NCBI GenBank assembly: GCA_965224025.1
Contig: OZ245033.1
Coordinates: 1,120,001-1,184,000, forward strand
DNA from: Candidatus Multivorans sp.
Lineage (GTDB): Bacteria > Acidobacteriota > Thermoanaerobaculia > Multivoradales > Multivoraceae
Length of the DNA: 64,000 nt
Direction of reading: 5' to 3'
Every line of letters starts with the position of its first letter. Position 1 is the first letter of the stretch. Positions 1-10,045 of the stretch are shown in pieces. The position numbers and the translations under genes were made by a program. Under the pieces are notes generated by a model. It saw only the letters and a program-made list of their open reading frames with translations, had not been told where the DNA came from and ran no database searches.

Positions 1-1
1 A

Positions 2-628
2 GAGATCGAGACCGGCCTGGAGTGGGGCATGGTCGACGGCGTGACCACGAACCCGAGCCTGATCGCCAAGCAGGGCAAGCCGTATCTGCCCACGGTCCGC
101 GAGATCGCCGAACTGGTGCCCGGCCCGGTGAGCGGCGAGGTCCTCGCCACCGACCTCAAGGGCATGCTCGACCAGGGCCGCCGGCTCGCCGGACTCGGCG
201 ACAACGTGGTGGTCAAGGTGCCGCTCGGGCCTCCCGGGCTGACGGCGGTGCGTCGTTTGGCCGGAGAGGGCATCCGCTGCAACGTGACCCTGTGCTTCTC
301 GCCGTCTCAGGCTCTGCTGGCGGCAAAGGCGGGGGCCGCCTACATTTCACCCTTCGTCGGCCGGCTCGACGACATCGCCCAGGACGGCATGGACCTGATC
401 CGGCAGGTGATCTCGATGTACTCGCGGTATGACTTCGAAACCGAGGTCCTGGTCGCTTCCGCGCGCCATCCCGTTCACGTCGTCCTGTCGGCGGAGATGG
501 GTGCGGATGTCGTTACCCTGCCGTTCAGGACGTTGAGCCAACTCTACCGTCACCCATTGACGGACATCGGTCTGGAGAGATTCCTCGCCGACTGGGAGAA
601 GACCGGCCGCGGCTTCGACGACGAATGA
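2..628 (+). CDS. fsa: Transaldolase / fructose-6-phosphate aldolase family (5' end lies before the window)
   Basis: [15 protein letters not shown] (Schiff-base Lys), [18 protein letters not shown] and HPLTD motifs; frame is open from base 2. Confidence 0.9.
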   Translation, partial: EIETGLEWGMVDGVTTNPSLIAKQGKPYLPTVREIAELVPGPVSGEVLATDLKGMLDQGRRLAGLGDNVVVKVPLGPPGLTAVRRLAGEGIRCNVTLCFSPSQALLAAKAGAAYISPFVGRLDDIAQDGMDLIRQVISMYSRYDFETEVLVASARHPVHVVLSAEMGADVVTLPFRTLSQLYRHPLTDIGLERFLADWEKTGRGFDDE

Positions 629-646
629 GCCGGAGGGAGTGTTGAC

Positions 647-2062
647 ATGAGCATTGCCGCCGTTCTTGAGCGCGTGGACCGGGAGACCGGCGCCAGCCTC
701 GAGCAGTTGAAGGAGTACCTCCGGATTCCGTCCGTCTCGACGGATCCCGCCTACGCCGGAGAGGTGCGACGCTGCGCGGGATTCGTCCAGGAGCGGCTTC
801 GGGCCGCCGGGCTGGACACGGAAATCGTCGACACCGCGGGGCATCCGCTGGTCTACGGCGAATGGCTTGGCGCTCCCGGGCGGCCCACGGTCCTCTTCTA
901 CGGCCACTACGACGTGCAGCCGGTGGACCCACTGAACGAGTGGCGTAACGACCCGTTCGAGCCGACCATCGAAACCAGCGAGCGCGGCGAGCAGATCGTG
1001 GCCCGCGGCGCCACGGACGACAAGGGCCAGTCCTTCACCCACATCAAGGCGGTCGAGGCGCTGATGGCGGAAACCGGCAGCTTGCCGGTCAACGTGAAGT
1101 TCCTGATCGAGGGCGAGGAGGAGTGCGGCGGCGAGGCGATCGAAGCGTACGTCCGGAGTTCAGAGGCCCGGCGGCTCGCCTGCGACCTGGCGGTGGTCTC
1201 GGACACGTCGATGTACGGACCGGGACAGCCGTCCGTTCTGTACGGCCTGAAGGGACTGCTCTACACCGAGGTCAGGGTCCGCGGGGCGGCGCGGGACCTG
1301 CACTCCGGCACCTTTGGCGGCGCGGTGGCGAATCCGCTGAATGCCCTGGCGACCATGCTGGCGGCGCTGCGCGACCCGGAGAACGGAAAGGTGCTGATCC
1401 CCGGCTTCTACGACGAGGTGCTGCCTCTGGGGTCCGGGGAGCGTTCCGCATTCGCCGCGCTGCCGTTCGACGAGGCGCGGTACGCCGACGAAATCGGCGC
1501 CAGCGCCCTGTGGGGCGAGGCCGGCTACACGACCCTGGAGAGGGTCTGGGCCCGACCGACCTGTGACGTGAACGGGGTCTGGGGCGGCTACCAGGGTCCG
1601 GGCGCCAAGACCGTGATCGCCAACCGCGCCGGCGCCAAGGTCTCCATGCGCCTGGTTCCCGACCAGGAACCGGAGCGCCTGTTCGGCGCCTTCGCGGAGT
1701 ACCTGCGTTCGCTGGCGCCGCCGGGCATCGAGGTCGAGGTCGAGACTCTGAACGGGGCGCCGCCGGTGCTCGTCGACCTCGAAGGTCCGCTCGTCGATGC
1801 GGCCCTGGAAGGCGTGCGGGAGGCCTGGGGCCGGGCACCCGTGCAGGTTCGGGAGGGAGGTTCGATTCCCATCGTCTCGACGCTGTCGGAGGTGCTGGGG
1901 GCGCCGGTGCTGCTGATCGGGTTCGGCCTCTCGGACGACCGTCTGCACGCGCCGAACGAGAAGATGGACCTGGCCAACTTCTACCAGGGCATCCGCACCG
2001 TGGTCCGGGTTCTTGGCCGCCTGGGAGGCTGTGCGGCGGGTGCGGTCCGTCCCGGCGCTTGA
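647..2062 (+). CDS. M20/M25/M40 family metallo-dipeptidase
   Basis: YGHYDVQP, ARGATDDKG, EGEEE, DLHSG, GGSIP and HAPNE motifs; GGAGGG RBS upstream. Confidence 0.92.
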   Translation: MSIAAVLERVDRETGASLEQLKEYLRIPSVSTDPAYAGEVRRCAGFVQERLRAAGLDTEIVDTAGHPLVYGEWLGAPGRPTVLFYGHYDVQPVDPLNEWRNDPFEPTIETSERGEQIVARGATDDKGQSFTHIKAVEALMAETGSLPVNVKFLIEGEEECGGEAIEAYVRSSEARRLACDLAVVSDTSMYGPGQPSVLYGLKGLLYTEVRVRGAARDLHSGTFGGAVANPLNALATMLAALRDPENGKVLIPGFYDEVLPLGSGERSAFAALPFDEARYADEIGASALWGEAGYTTLERVWARPTCDVNGVWGGYQGPGAKTVIANRAGAKVSMRLVPDQEPERLFGAFAEYLRSLAPPGIEVEVETLNGAPPVLVDLEGPLVDAALEGVREAWGRAPVQVREGGSIPIVSTLSEVLGAPVLLIGFGLSDDRLHAPNEKMDLANFYQGIRTVVRVLGRLGGCAAGAVRPGA

Positions 2063-2643
2063 AGGAACGCGAGATCAAGATTCCGGTGGCCGACCTGGAC
2101 GGGGTCCGGGATCGGTTGCTTGCGGCGGGCGCCGACCTCCACCGTCCTGCCTCTCTGGAGGCGAACCAGGTGTTCGATCGCGTCGACGCGCCGGTGGAGC
2201 AGCGTCTGCGGTCCCGCCGCGAGTTGCTGCGCCTGCGCTCCGATGGCGCCGGCAACCGGCTGACCTTCAAGTCGGCCCCGCGCTTCGTGGGCAGCGTGAA
2301 GGAGCGGCTGGAACACGAGTTCTCGGTCGACGACCCGGCAGCCGCGCGACTGCTGCTGGAGTCCTTGGGGTTCGGGGTCGCCGCGCGCTACGAGAAGGTC
2401 CGCGAGACGTGGTGCCTCAATGGCTGCGAAGTCTCGCTCGACCGGACCCCCATGGGCGACTTCGTGGAAGTCGAGGAACTGGGCAGCGAACTGCCGTCGA
2501 ATCGGATCGAGGAAGTATGCCGGCGCTGCGGCCTCGATCCCGCGCAGTCGGTGCCGGAGGACTACCTGGCGCTCTACCGGGCCTACCGCGGGGACAGGCC
2601 GGATCTGCCGCGGGACATGGTCTTTCATCCGTGCGCCCGATGA
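2059..2643 (+). CDS. CYTH domain protein (class IV adenylate cyclase-like)
   Basis: N-terminal ExExK (EREIK), LRLR, LTFK, YEKVRE and FVEVE; TTG start overlaps the upstream stop. Confidence 0.85.
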   Translation: MKEREIKIPVADLDGVRDRLLAAGADLHRPASLEANQVFDRVDAPVEQRLRSRRELLRLRSDGAGNRLTFKSAPRFVGSVKERLEHEFSVDDPAAARLLLESLGFGVAARYEKVRETWCLNGCEVSLDRTPMGDFVEVEELGSELPSNRIEEVCRRCGLDPAQSVPEDYLALYRAYRGDRPDLPRDMVFHPCAR

Positions 2644-2735
2644 CGGGCGCTCGGACTGGTTCGCGGGTGGCGCGGAGCGCGCCACCCGGGTTCGAGCATC
2701 GGCCCGGCGCTGGATCCATCCAGCGAGACCGAGGA

Positions 2736-3791
2736 GTGAAGCGCGAGAGCCGGCGGGTGCGGGCGCTCGTGCTCTGCGCCGGGCGCGCCGAACGGCTGCG
2801 GCCGCTGAGCAGCTTCCTGGCCAAACCGCTGCTGCCGGTCGCCGGCCGGCCGGTGGCGATGCGCACGATCGACATCCTCCACCGCGCCGGCTGCGAGACG
2901 GCGGTCAACCTGCACCACTTGGCGGGCGCCGTGCGGCGTGGATTGGGGTCACAAACCGGTGAACGCGGAGTCGACCTCGCCTTCACCGTCGAGACGAACC
3001 TGCTGGGGACGCTGGGGGCGGTGGTCAACCTCCGGGACTTCCTGGCCGGGGGTGACGAGATCGTGTTGGTGAACGGCGACTCGCTCTGCCGCTGGCCGAT
3101 TCGCGACGTGCTTGCCCGGCACCGCCGGAGCGGCGCCGACGTCACGCTGCAGCTTGGCCGCGAAGCGCCGGACGAGCGCCTGGGCGGCGGCGTGGAAGTC
3201 GACCGCCGGGGGCTCGTCACGGGGCTCCGCGACCTGCGCGTCGGTTCGGTTCGCGGCCGCGGGCGCACTTTCCAGGGGCTGCACGTCCTGTCGCGCCGGG
3301 TCCTGGATGCGATTCCGTCACCTTTGGTCTCCAACGACATCGTGGAAGGTCTCTACCAGCCCCTGCTGCGGGCTGGGGCCCGGATCGTCGGTTTCGGCTG
3401 CCGCCGCCGCTGGCACGACCTCGGGACACCGCGCCGCTACCTGGATGGGGCTCTCGATTGGGGCCGCACCGCCGGCGGCCGCAAGCGGCGCCGGCGCTTC
3501 GTGTCGCCGGGAGTCGCCGTGGGCAGCGGCGCGGCCATCGAACACAGCGTGGTCGAGAGCGGCAGCCGTCTCGGCGCCGGTGCGCTGGTGGAGCACAGTC
3601 TGCTGATGCCGGACGCCCGGGTCGGCGCGGGGGCCCGGCTTCGCGACACGGTCGTTGGGCCGGGCGTTCAGGTGCCGCCGGGGCTTGAGGTCGACGGCGA
3701 GCTCTTGACGCCGGCGGATTGGGGGAGCGCCCCGGACACCCGCTCCGAAGAGCGGGATGGGCTCGTCTACACGGCGCTGGACCCGACCTAG
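2736..3791 (+). CDS. NDP-sugar synthase / nucleotidyltransferase (mannose-1-P guanylyltransferase-like) with C-terminal hexapeptide repeats
   Basis: ALVLCAGRAERLRPL...KPLLPV, NGD and WHDLGTP motifs. GTG start at 2736 chosen; an in-frame ATG at 2640 is an alternative. Confidence 0.82.
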   Translation: MKRESRRVRALVLCAGRAERLRPLSSFLAKPLLPVAGRPVAMRTIDILHRAGCETAVNLHHLAGAVRRGLGSQTGERGVDLAFTVETNLLGTLGAVVNLRDFLAGGDEIVLVNGDSLCRWPIRDVLARHRRSGADVTLQLGREAPDERLGGGVEVDRRGLVTGLRDLRVGSVRGRGRTFQGLHVLSRRVLDAIPSPLVSNDIVEGLYQPLLRAGARIVGFGCRRRWHDLGTPRRYLDGALDWGRTAGGRKRRRRFVSPGVAVGSGAAIEHSVVESGSRLGAGALVEHSLLMPDARVGAGARLRDTVVGPGVQVPPGLEVDGELLTPADWGSAPDTRSEERDGLVYTALDPT

Positions 3792-3794
3792 GAG

Positions 3795-3853
3795 GCGAGT
3801 CGCGGCGTCCGCGCCGCGTTGATGCAGAGGAAAGAGGGCGTGTTCCATGCAAG
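3795..3853 (+). mobile_element. 59-bp non-autonomous IS110-related mini element
   Basis: Flanked by ctagg-AG and AG-cttgcgcggcagaa; contains hairpin cgcggcg-tccg-cgccgcg and ends in tgttccatgcaAG, identical to the IS110 right end at 60282-60294. Confidence 0.8.
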
Positions 3854-3894
3854 CTTGCGCGGCAGAACTCTCGGCGGCCGGCGCTTCGCGCCGG

Positions 3895-3920
3895 ATGCCG
3901 GCCAGAGGCCGGCGCACCCA
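3895..3920 (-). repeat. REP-like short palindrome (second repeat family)
   Basis: atgccggccagaggccggcgcaccca; related copies at 25951-25977, 60825-60850, 54988-55010, 14163-14186 and 41234-41257. Confidence 0.6.
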
Positions 3921-3934
3921 ATGATCCGCAGCCC

Positions 3935-5257
3935 TCAGGCCAGCAGAATCTCCCGCAGGGCTTCCTCATCCGCCGGAATCTCGACGATCCGCTCGGGCAG
4001 GTTTGCGCAACGCTCCAGGGCCGGCGGCGCCGGCGGCTCGATGCCGACGGCGTCACGGATCACGTTGGCGAACTTCGCCGGATGTGCCGTCGCCAGCACG
4101 ACGCCCCTGCCGTCGCCCCGGGCTTCGAGTTCATCCTTCAGGCCGAGGTAACCGACCGCGGTGTGGGGGTCCAGGAGGTAGCCGCGGCTCTCGTGCACGT
4201 CGCGCATCGCGCGCCGCGTGGCCCGGTCGTCGAAGGACCGGCCCGCCAGGTCGCGGCGGAGGTGGTTCAGGGGATCGCCCCGGTCCGAATACAGGTGGCG
4301 TATGCGGTCGAAGTTGCTCGGATCGCCCACATCCATCGCGTTCGAGATCGTGGCGGCCGAGGCGCGGGGCGCAAAGCGGCCGCTTCGCAGGTAGGCGGGC
4401 ACGACGTCGTTGACGTTGGTGGCCGCGACGAAGCGGGAAACGGGGAGGCCGATCCGCTTGGCGATCAGGCCCGCGGTCAGGTTGCCGAAGTTGCCGCTTG
4501 GGGTCGAGAAGACGAGCGGGGGATCGGCGTTCCCGAGAGGCGCCGACGGAAGCTGCGCCCAGGCGTGGAAGTAGTGGAAGACTTGGGGCAGCAGGCGGCC
4601 GATGTTGATCGAGTTGGCGGAGGCGAGAGGCCGTTGCCGGCGCAGTTCCCGATCGGCGAACGCGGCCCGGGCGAGGCGCTGGCAGTCGTCGAAGGCGCCC
4701 GCGACGGCAACCGCCTTCACATTGCCGCCCAGCGTCGTGAACAAGCGCCGCTGCGCCTCGGTGACGAATCCCCGCGGGTAGAGCACGCAGACACCAAAAC
4801 CGGCCACCCCGCCGAACGCATGAGCCGCGGCGCTGCCGGTGTCGCCGCTGGTGGCCACGAGTACCGTGGTCTCCGCCTGGCCGGCGGCGGTCGCGAACCG
4901 GGACATCAGGCGGGCCATGACCCGGGCCGCTATGTCCTTGAACGCCAGTGTCGGTCCGTGGAACAGCTCCAGGCAGTGGAGGCCCGGCTCGATCTCGACC
5001 AGGGGGATCGGGAAGTCGAGGGCGTCCTCGAGCAGCGAGGCGAGTTCGTCTTCCGGGACTTCCGAGCCGAACAGTCGGCGACCGAGGACGCTCGAGATGC
5101 CGGTCAGGGGCAACAGCCCCAGCAAGGCCAACTCCTCGGCCGTCAGTGGCGCCAGGCGCTCGGGAACGAACAGGCCGCCGTCGGGCGCCGGCCCTTCGAG
5201 CAGCGCCTCGCTCAGGGTCGCCGCCGGCGCTTTGCCGGCGGTGCTGACGAACCGCAC
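3935..5257 (-). CDS. thrC: Threonine synthase
   Basis: GPAPDGGLFVP, ELFHGPTLAFKD (PLP Lys), ATSGDTG, ANSINIGR, PSGNFGN and ATAHPAKF. Confidence 0.96.
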   Translation of the reverse strand: MRFVSTAGKAPAATLSEALLEGPAPDGGLFVPERLAPLTAEELALLGLLPLTGISSVLGRRLFGSEVPEDELASLLEDALDFPIPLVEIEPGLHCLELFHGPTLAFKDIAARVMARLMSRFATAAGQAETTVLVATSGDTGSAAAHAFGGVAGFGVCVLYPRGFVTEAQRRLFTTLGGNVKAVAVAGAFDDCQRLARAAFADRELRRQRPLASANSINIGRLLPQVFHYFHAWAQLPSAPLGNADPPLVFSTPSGNFGNLTAGLIAKRIGLPVSRFVAATNVNDVVPAYLRSGRFAPRASAATISNAMDVGDPSNFDRIRHLYSDRGDPLNHLRRDLAGRSFDDRATRRAMRDVHESRGYLLDPHTAVGYLGLKDELEARGDGRGVVLATAHPAKFANVIRDAVGIEPPAPPALERCANLPERIVEIPADEEALREILLA

Positions 5258-5258
5258 G

Positions 5259-6281
5259 TCAGGCCTCGCCGGGCGGTCCGGCGCCGCCGTCGATCACCCG
5301 CGCTCCCGGCGCCGGTAACGTCGAAACGAGTTGATCGCAGTCGACGCCCGCCGCGCCTTCGAGCGCCGCCGCCATCACCGCCGCCACCTGCCCGCCGCGG
5401 TCTGGGCCGTCGCACAGGGCGAACAGGGCCGGGCCGCTGCCCGACAGGCTGCAGCCCAGAGCGCCGGCCTCGATTGCGGCCGCCTTGGCGGCGTGGAATC
5501 CGGGCACGCTGGGCGCGCGGACCGGCTCGGCCACGACGTCGACCAGGGCCCGTGACAGCAGTTCCAGGTCGGCGCGGTAGAGCGCGGCCACCAGGGCCGC
5601 GGCGTTGCCCCACTGGGTCACCGCCCGCTCAAGCGGCAGATGGCGGTCGAGGCCGGCCCGGGACTCGCGCGTGTTCACCTTGGCGTGGGGGCGGACCAGC
5701 GCGCAGGTCAGGCCCTCGGGCACCGGCAGTTCGATCACGTCCGGGTGGGGCTCGAGGGAGCGGACAAGGACCAGACCGCCGAACATGGCCGGGGCGAGGT
5801 TGTCCGCGTGGGCGCCGCCGCTGGCCAGTATCTCCCCGGCCAGCGCGTACCGCAACAGAGCCGCCGGCGGCAGGTCGAGGCCCAGCAGCGCATCGACCGC
5901 GACGACCGCCGCCACCGCGCTGGCGGCGCTCGAGCCGAGGCCGCTTTCGAGCGGCATGCGTTTCTCGATCTCCAGGTCGACGGCGGCGTCGGGCGCCTCC
6001 GCCTGAAGCAGCGCTCCGGCCGCCACGGCCGCGGTGTTGCGGTCGACCTGGTGCGGGAGCCGGCCGTTGTCGCCGGCAATTGCCGTGATCCTGACCGGGC
6101 CGCACTGTCCGGCGCCGCCGTCCCGACCACGCTCGGTTGCCGTGACGAAGTCGCCCGGGCCGGGCGAGGCGCCGCCGCCATCGCCATCTCGATCGGACTG
6201 CAAGGCGAAGCCCAGGATGTCGAAACCGCAGGCAATGTTGGAAACCGACGCTGGAGCAAAGGCCCGCGCCAACCGTGTCAT
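5259..6281 (-). CDS. thrB: Homoserine kinase
   Basis: APASVSNIACGFDILG, PLESGLGSSAAS (GHMP motif), HADN and SGSGP. Confidence 0.95.
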   Translation of the reverse strand: MTRLARAFAPASVSNIACGFDILGFALQSDRDGDGGGASPGPGDFVTATERGRDGGAGQCGPVRITAIAGDNGRLPHQVDRNTAAVAAGALLQAEAPDAAVDLEIEKRMPLESGLGSSAASAVAAVVAVDALLGLDLPPAALLRYALAGEILASGGAHADNLAPAMFGGLVLVRSLEPHPDVIELPVPEGLTCALVRPHAKVNTRESRAGLDRHLPLERAVTQWGNAAALVAALYRADLELLSRALVDVVAEPVRAPSVPGFHAAKAAAIEAGALGCSLSGSGPALFALCDGPDRGGQVAAVMAAALEGAAGVDCDQLVSTLPAPGARVIDGGAGPPGEA

Positions 6282-6340
6282 GCGCAGCTCTTCTTGTTCG
6301 TGACCGACGCCGGGGCGAAGGCTCTCACCGAGCGGTTCAT
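6278..6340 (-). pseudogene. 20-codon diverged copy of the thrB N-terminus (MNRSVRAFAPASVTNKKSCA)
   Basis: Overlaps the asd stop and the thrB start by ATGA; shares RAFAPASV.N with ThrB. Confidence 0.75.
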
Positions 6341-7422
6341 TCGCCGCCGCGCCGGGCGCACCGGGCGACGGCGAGCTCCGCGGCCAGCAAGGCGCCGCCG
6401 GCGGCCCCCCGCAGGGTGTTGTGCGACAGGGCGACGAAGCGGAAATCGAGCACCGGGCACTCGCGCAACCGGCCGATCGAGACCGTCATGCCCTTGCCAA
6501 GGTCGCGGTGGATCCGAGCCTGGGGCGGTTCGTCGTCGCCAAGGTACATCGTCGGCAGCTCCGGCGCCGAAGGCAGGCCGTAGTCCTGCGGCTCGCCGCG
6601 AAAGGCCCGCCATGCCTCCCGCACATCATCCAGTTCGGGGTCGCTCTTCAGGCTGACCGAGACGCAGAGGGTATGGCCGTCGACGACGGGGACGCGGTTG
6701 CACTGGGCCGAGACCACGACCTCGGCCGGATCGATGGCGCCGCCGGCGAGGCGGCCCAGGATCTTCCCGGTCTCCATCTTGAGCTTCTCCTCTTCGCTGG
6801 AGATCCAGGGGATCACGTTGTCCATGATCTGGTAGCTCGAGATTCCGGGCAGACCCGCGCCGGAGACCGCCTGCAAGGTGACCACACAGAGCTGGTCGAT
6901 ACCGAACGCGTCGTGCAGGGGCTTGAGCGCCAGCACCAGGCCGATCGTCGAGCAGTTGGGGTTGGCGACGATCCCGGTGGGGAGCAGGGCGCCCTCCGCG
7001 GGCGGCGCCAGCAGGTCCAGGTGATCCGGGTTGACCTCGGGTACCAGCAGCGGGACACCGGCGTCCATGCGGTGGGCGCTGGCGTTCGTCACGACCAGGC
7101 AACGCTCGGCGAAGCCGGGTTCGACTTGCCTGGCCACACCGGAGTCCAGGGCGGAGAAGACAAGATCGAAGTCGCCGCCGTCGAGTTCGTCGCAGGTCTG
7201 CACGGTCAGCGCGGCGATCCGCTCGTCGAGCGGCTGGGTCTGCATCCAACTGACCGCGTCGCGATACGTCTTCCCGGCCGAGCGCTCGGAGGCGGCCACC
7301 ACCGCGATCTCGAACCACGGATGCGTGGACAGCAGAGTGAGGAACCGCTGGCCCACGGTGCCGGTCGCGCCCAGGACCGCGGTGCGAAGGGGTCGACTCC
7401 GGCTCAGGCTGTCAAGACTCAT
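6337..7422 (-). CDS. asd: Aspartate-semialdehyde dehydrogenase
   Basis: AVLGATGTVGQ, NASAHRM, PEVN, NPNCST (catalytic Cys), QAVSGAG and HNTLRGAAGG. Confidence 0.96.
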   Translation of the reverse strand: MSLDSLSRSRPLRTAVLGATGTVGQRFLTLLSTHPWFEIAVVAASERSAGKTYRDAVSWMQTQPLDERIAALTVQTCDELDGGDFDLVFSALDSGVARQVEPGFAERCLVVTNASAHRMDAGVPLLVPEVNPDHLDLLAPPAEGALLPTGIVANPNCSTIGLVLALKPLHDAFGIDQLCVVTLQAVSGAGLPGISSYQIMDNVIPWISSEEEKLKMETGKILGRLAGGAIDPAEVVVSAQCNRVPVVDGHTLCVSVSLKSDPELDDVREAWRAFRGEPQDYGLPSAPELPTMYLGDDEPPQARIHRDLGKGMTVSIGRLRECPVLDFRFVALSHNTLRGAAGGALLAAELAVARCARRGGE

Positions 7423-7505
7423 GACGGGTGCCCAGGTCGGCGCCGGCCAGGTCGCCGGCCGGCCGTCGATTCGTTTCTTCCGCTCCCGGCGGAGGGAGCG
7501 TTCAT
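7419..7505 (-). other. 28-codon spacer ORF bridging thrA and asd
   Basis: [28 protein letters not shown]; ATGA overlaps at both ends. Confidence 0.35.
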
Positions 7506-10045
7506 GGCGCGGATCCCCGCTCGGCCCAGGCGCGAAGGATGTCGGCGAAGACGCCGCCCGCTGTCAGGTCGGCGCCGGCGCCCGGGCCCTGGACGACCAG
7601 GGGGCGTTTCCGGTAGCGCCGGCTGCGGAACACGAACATGTTGTCCGAAGCGGGCATCCCCGCTACCGGATGGTCGGAGGGTACGGCTCGCAGTCCGACC
7701 CGGGCGGTGGCCGCCTCGTCGGAGGTGTCCAGCTCGGCCAGGTATGCGAGCTCGAGCCCCGCCGCCCCGGCTTCGGCGAAGCGCTCCGCCATCTCGTCGT
7801 CGGCTTCGGCAAGCTGCTGCCAGTAGGCGTCGAGCGGCAGGTCGGCGAGGTCGGTCCGGTCCAGCATGGGCTCGACTTCGATGTCGTTCAGGTCGAGATC
7901 GCAGCCGCAGATGCGCGCCAGGATCAGCAGCTTGCGGGCCACGTCCAGGCCGCCCAGATCGTCCCGGGGGTCCGGTTCCGTGTAGCCCAGGCGGTGGGCC
8001 TCCCGGACGGCTTCGCTCCACACTTTGCCGGTGCCCAGCTCTGCGGTCAGATAGGCGAGCGTGCCCGAGAACACGCCTGAAATCGAGTCGATGCGGTCGC
8101 CCGCGCCGAGCAGCATGTCGGCGGTGTGGAGCACCGGCAGCCCCGCGCCGACGGTCGCCTCGTGGAAGACGTTTCGCGCGCCCGCCGGGCGGAAGGCGCG
8201 AAAGTCCGCGACCGGTCCCGCGAAGGGGAGCTTGTTCGCGCTCGCGACCGCGGCGCCGGCGGCCAGCGCGCGGTGGTAGACGCCGCCCATCGAACCGTTG
8301 GCGGTGACATCGACGAGCACCGTGCGGCCGCCGCCGGCCGCCGTCTCGCCGAGATGGTCCAGCAGGCGGTCCAGGTCGGCCGCTTCGCCGCTCCGTTCGA
8401 GCGCGGACCGCCAACCCTCGGGATCCCGTGCGGCGCCGGGGTCGAGACTTCGGCCGCGGCGGGGCTGAAGGTGCATGGTGCGGGAGCTGGCCAGGCCCCG
8501 CAACTGCAGGTCGACTCCCTGTCGCGCGAGGGAGTCGCGTTCGGCGTCGACTTGTTGGAGGAGCGCCGAGCCGACGCCGCCGACGCCGAGGACGTAGACC
8601 GCGAGCCGGCCGGAAGCGGCGCGATGGAAGAACTCCCGGTGGATCCAGCGCACTGCCCGACCCTCGTCGGCCCGGGCCACGACCATTGAGATGTTCCGCT
8701 CGGACGACCCCTGGGCCACCGCCCGCACGTTCACCCCGCGCCGGCCCAGGATGCCGAAGACGCGTCCGGCGATGCCGGGCCGATCCCGCATTCCGTCGCC
8801 GACCACGGCGACGATCGACTGGTCCCGTTCAACCCTCAGGGGTCGCGCCGATCCGGCCTCGATCTCGGCCCGGAATTCGGAATCGACCGCCAGCCGCGCC
8901 GCCTCGGACACGCCGGGTTCGACCGCGAAGCAGATCGAGTGCTCGCTCGAGGCCTGGGAGATCAGGATCGCGCTCGCGCCGCTGGCCGCCAGGGCGTCGA
9001 AGAGACGGGCCGCTACTCCGGGAGTGCCGACCAGGTTGTCGCCGACCAGGAGCATCAGGTGGACGTCGTCGATCGAGGAAATGCCGGTGACCGCCGTGCC
9101 GCGGGCCCGCTCCCTGGCCTTGCCGTCGACGACGACGAGGGTTCCGGGGTGCTCGGGATCGAGGGTGTTGCGGACCAGCAGCGGAATGGCCCGGCGCCGC
9201 GCCGGCGTGACGGTCGGCGGATAGACCACCTTGGCGCCGAAGTGCGAGAGTTCGAGCATCTCTTCGTAACTCAGCCGCGGGATCGGCAGTGCGTCTTCCA
9301 CGCGCCGGGGGTCAGCCGTCATCACGCCCGGAACGTCGGTCCAGATCTCGATCCGGTCGGCATTGAGCGCGGCGCCGACGAGGGCGGCGGTGAGGTCGGA
9401 TCCGCTGCGTCCCAGGGTCGTCGTCCCACCCTCCGGGCTGCTGCCCAGGAAACCGGTGACGACCTGCAGCGGGGCGTCGGGCCCGAGGTTCGCGAAGTGG
9501 GAGGCGATCGCCTCGAGGGTCGGTTCCAGATCGACGGTCGCCGCCTGGAACGAGCGGTCCGTCGACACCAGGGGGCGCGCGTCGCAGGCCTCGGCGGGCA
9601 GGCCCTCGGCGCGCAGGGCGGCGGCCAGGAGCTGCGTCGACAGGAGCTCGCCGTGGCAGACGATCCGGTCGACCAGGGCCTTGCCCGATCGGCACTCGCC
9701 GTCGGCGGCGGGCTCGCAGTTGCTCACCGCCGCGGCAAGGTCGTCGCACAGGGCTTCGACCGTGGCCGCGATCGCCGGCCGATCGTCGTCGGTCGCTACC
9801 TGGGCGCCGATTCTTAGATGATGGACGCGCAGCGCCGCTGCCTCGCGCGCCGCTTCAGCCCGATTGCCGCCGGCCAGGACGGTTGCGGCCATCCCCAGCA
9901 ACCGGTCTGTGACCCCGCCCAGGGCGGACACCACCACCGCGCCGTTCGCAGCAGAGCCCTGGAGCCGTCGGCGCACGATCCGGGCGGCGGCCTGAAGCCG
10001 GGCTGCATCGGCCACCGAGGAGCCGCCGAACTTGAGAACCTTCAT
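7502..10045 (-). CDS. thrA: Bifunctional aspartate kinase / homoserine dehydrogenase
   Basis: [22 protein letters not shown], two ACT domains, [29 protein letters not shown] and GPGAG. Confidence 0.96.
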   Translation of the reverse strand: MKVLKFGGSSVADAARLQAAARIVRRRLQGSAANGAVVVSALGGVTDRLLGMAATVLAGGNRAEAAREAAALRVHHLRIGAQVATDDDRPAIAATVEALCDDLAAAVSNCEPAADGECRSGKALVDRIVCHGELLSTQLLAAALRAEGLPAEACDARPLVSTDRSFQAATVDLEPTLEAIASHFANLGPDAPLQVVTGFLGSSPEGGTTTLGRSGSDLTAALVGAALNADRIEIWTDVPGVMTADPRRVEDALPIPRLSYEEMLELSHFGAKVVYPPTVTPARRRAIPLLVRNTLDPEHPGTLVVVDGKARERARGTAVTGISSIDDVHLMLLVGDNLVGTPGVAARLFDALAASGASAILISQASSEHSICFAVEPGVSEAARLAVDSEFRAEIEAGSARPLRVERDQSIVAVVGDGMRDRPGIAGRVFGILGRRGVNVRAVAQGSSERNISMVVARADEGRAVRWIHREFFHRAASGRLAVYVLGVGGVGSALLQQVDAERDSLARQGVDLQLRGLASSRTMHLQPRRGRSLDPGAARDPEGWRSALERSGEAADLDRLLDHLGETAAGGGRTVLVDVTANGSMGGVYHRALAAGAAVASANKLPFAGPVADFRAFRPAGARNVFHEATVGAGLPVLHTADMLLGAGDRIDSISGVFSGTLAYLTAELGTGKVWSEAVREAHRLGYTEPDPRDDLGGLDVARKLLILARICGCDLDLNDIEVEPMLDRTDLADLPLDAYWQQLAEADDEMAERFAEAGAAGLELAYLAELDTSDEAATARVGLRAVPSDHPVAGMPASDNMFVFRSRRYRKRPLVVQGPGAGADLTAGGVFADILRAWAERGSAP

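Noticed and set aside
3795-3853. Mechanistic link between the 59-bp mini element and the 59-bp gene-start echoes
   Set aside because: The echoes lack the AG-core junction motifs and the hairpin; the equal length is treated as coincidence.
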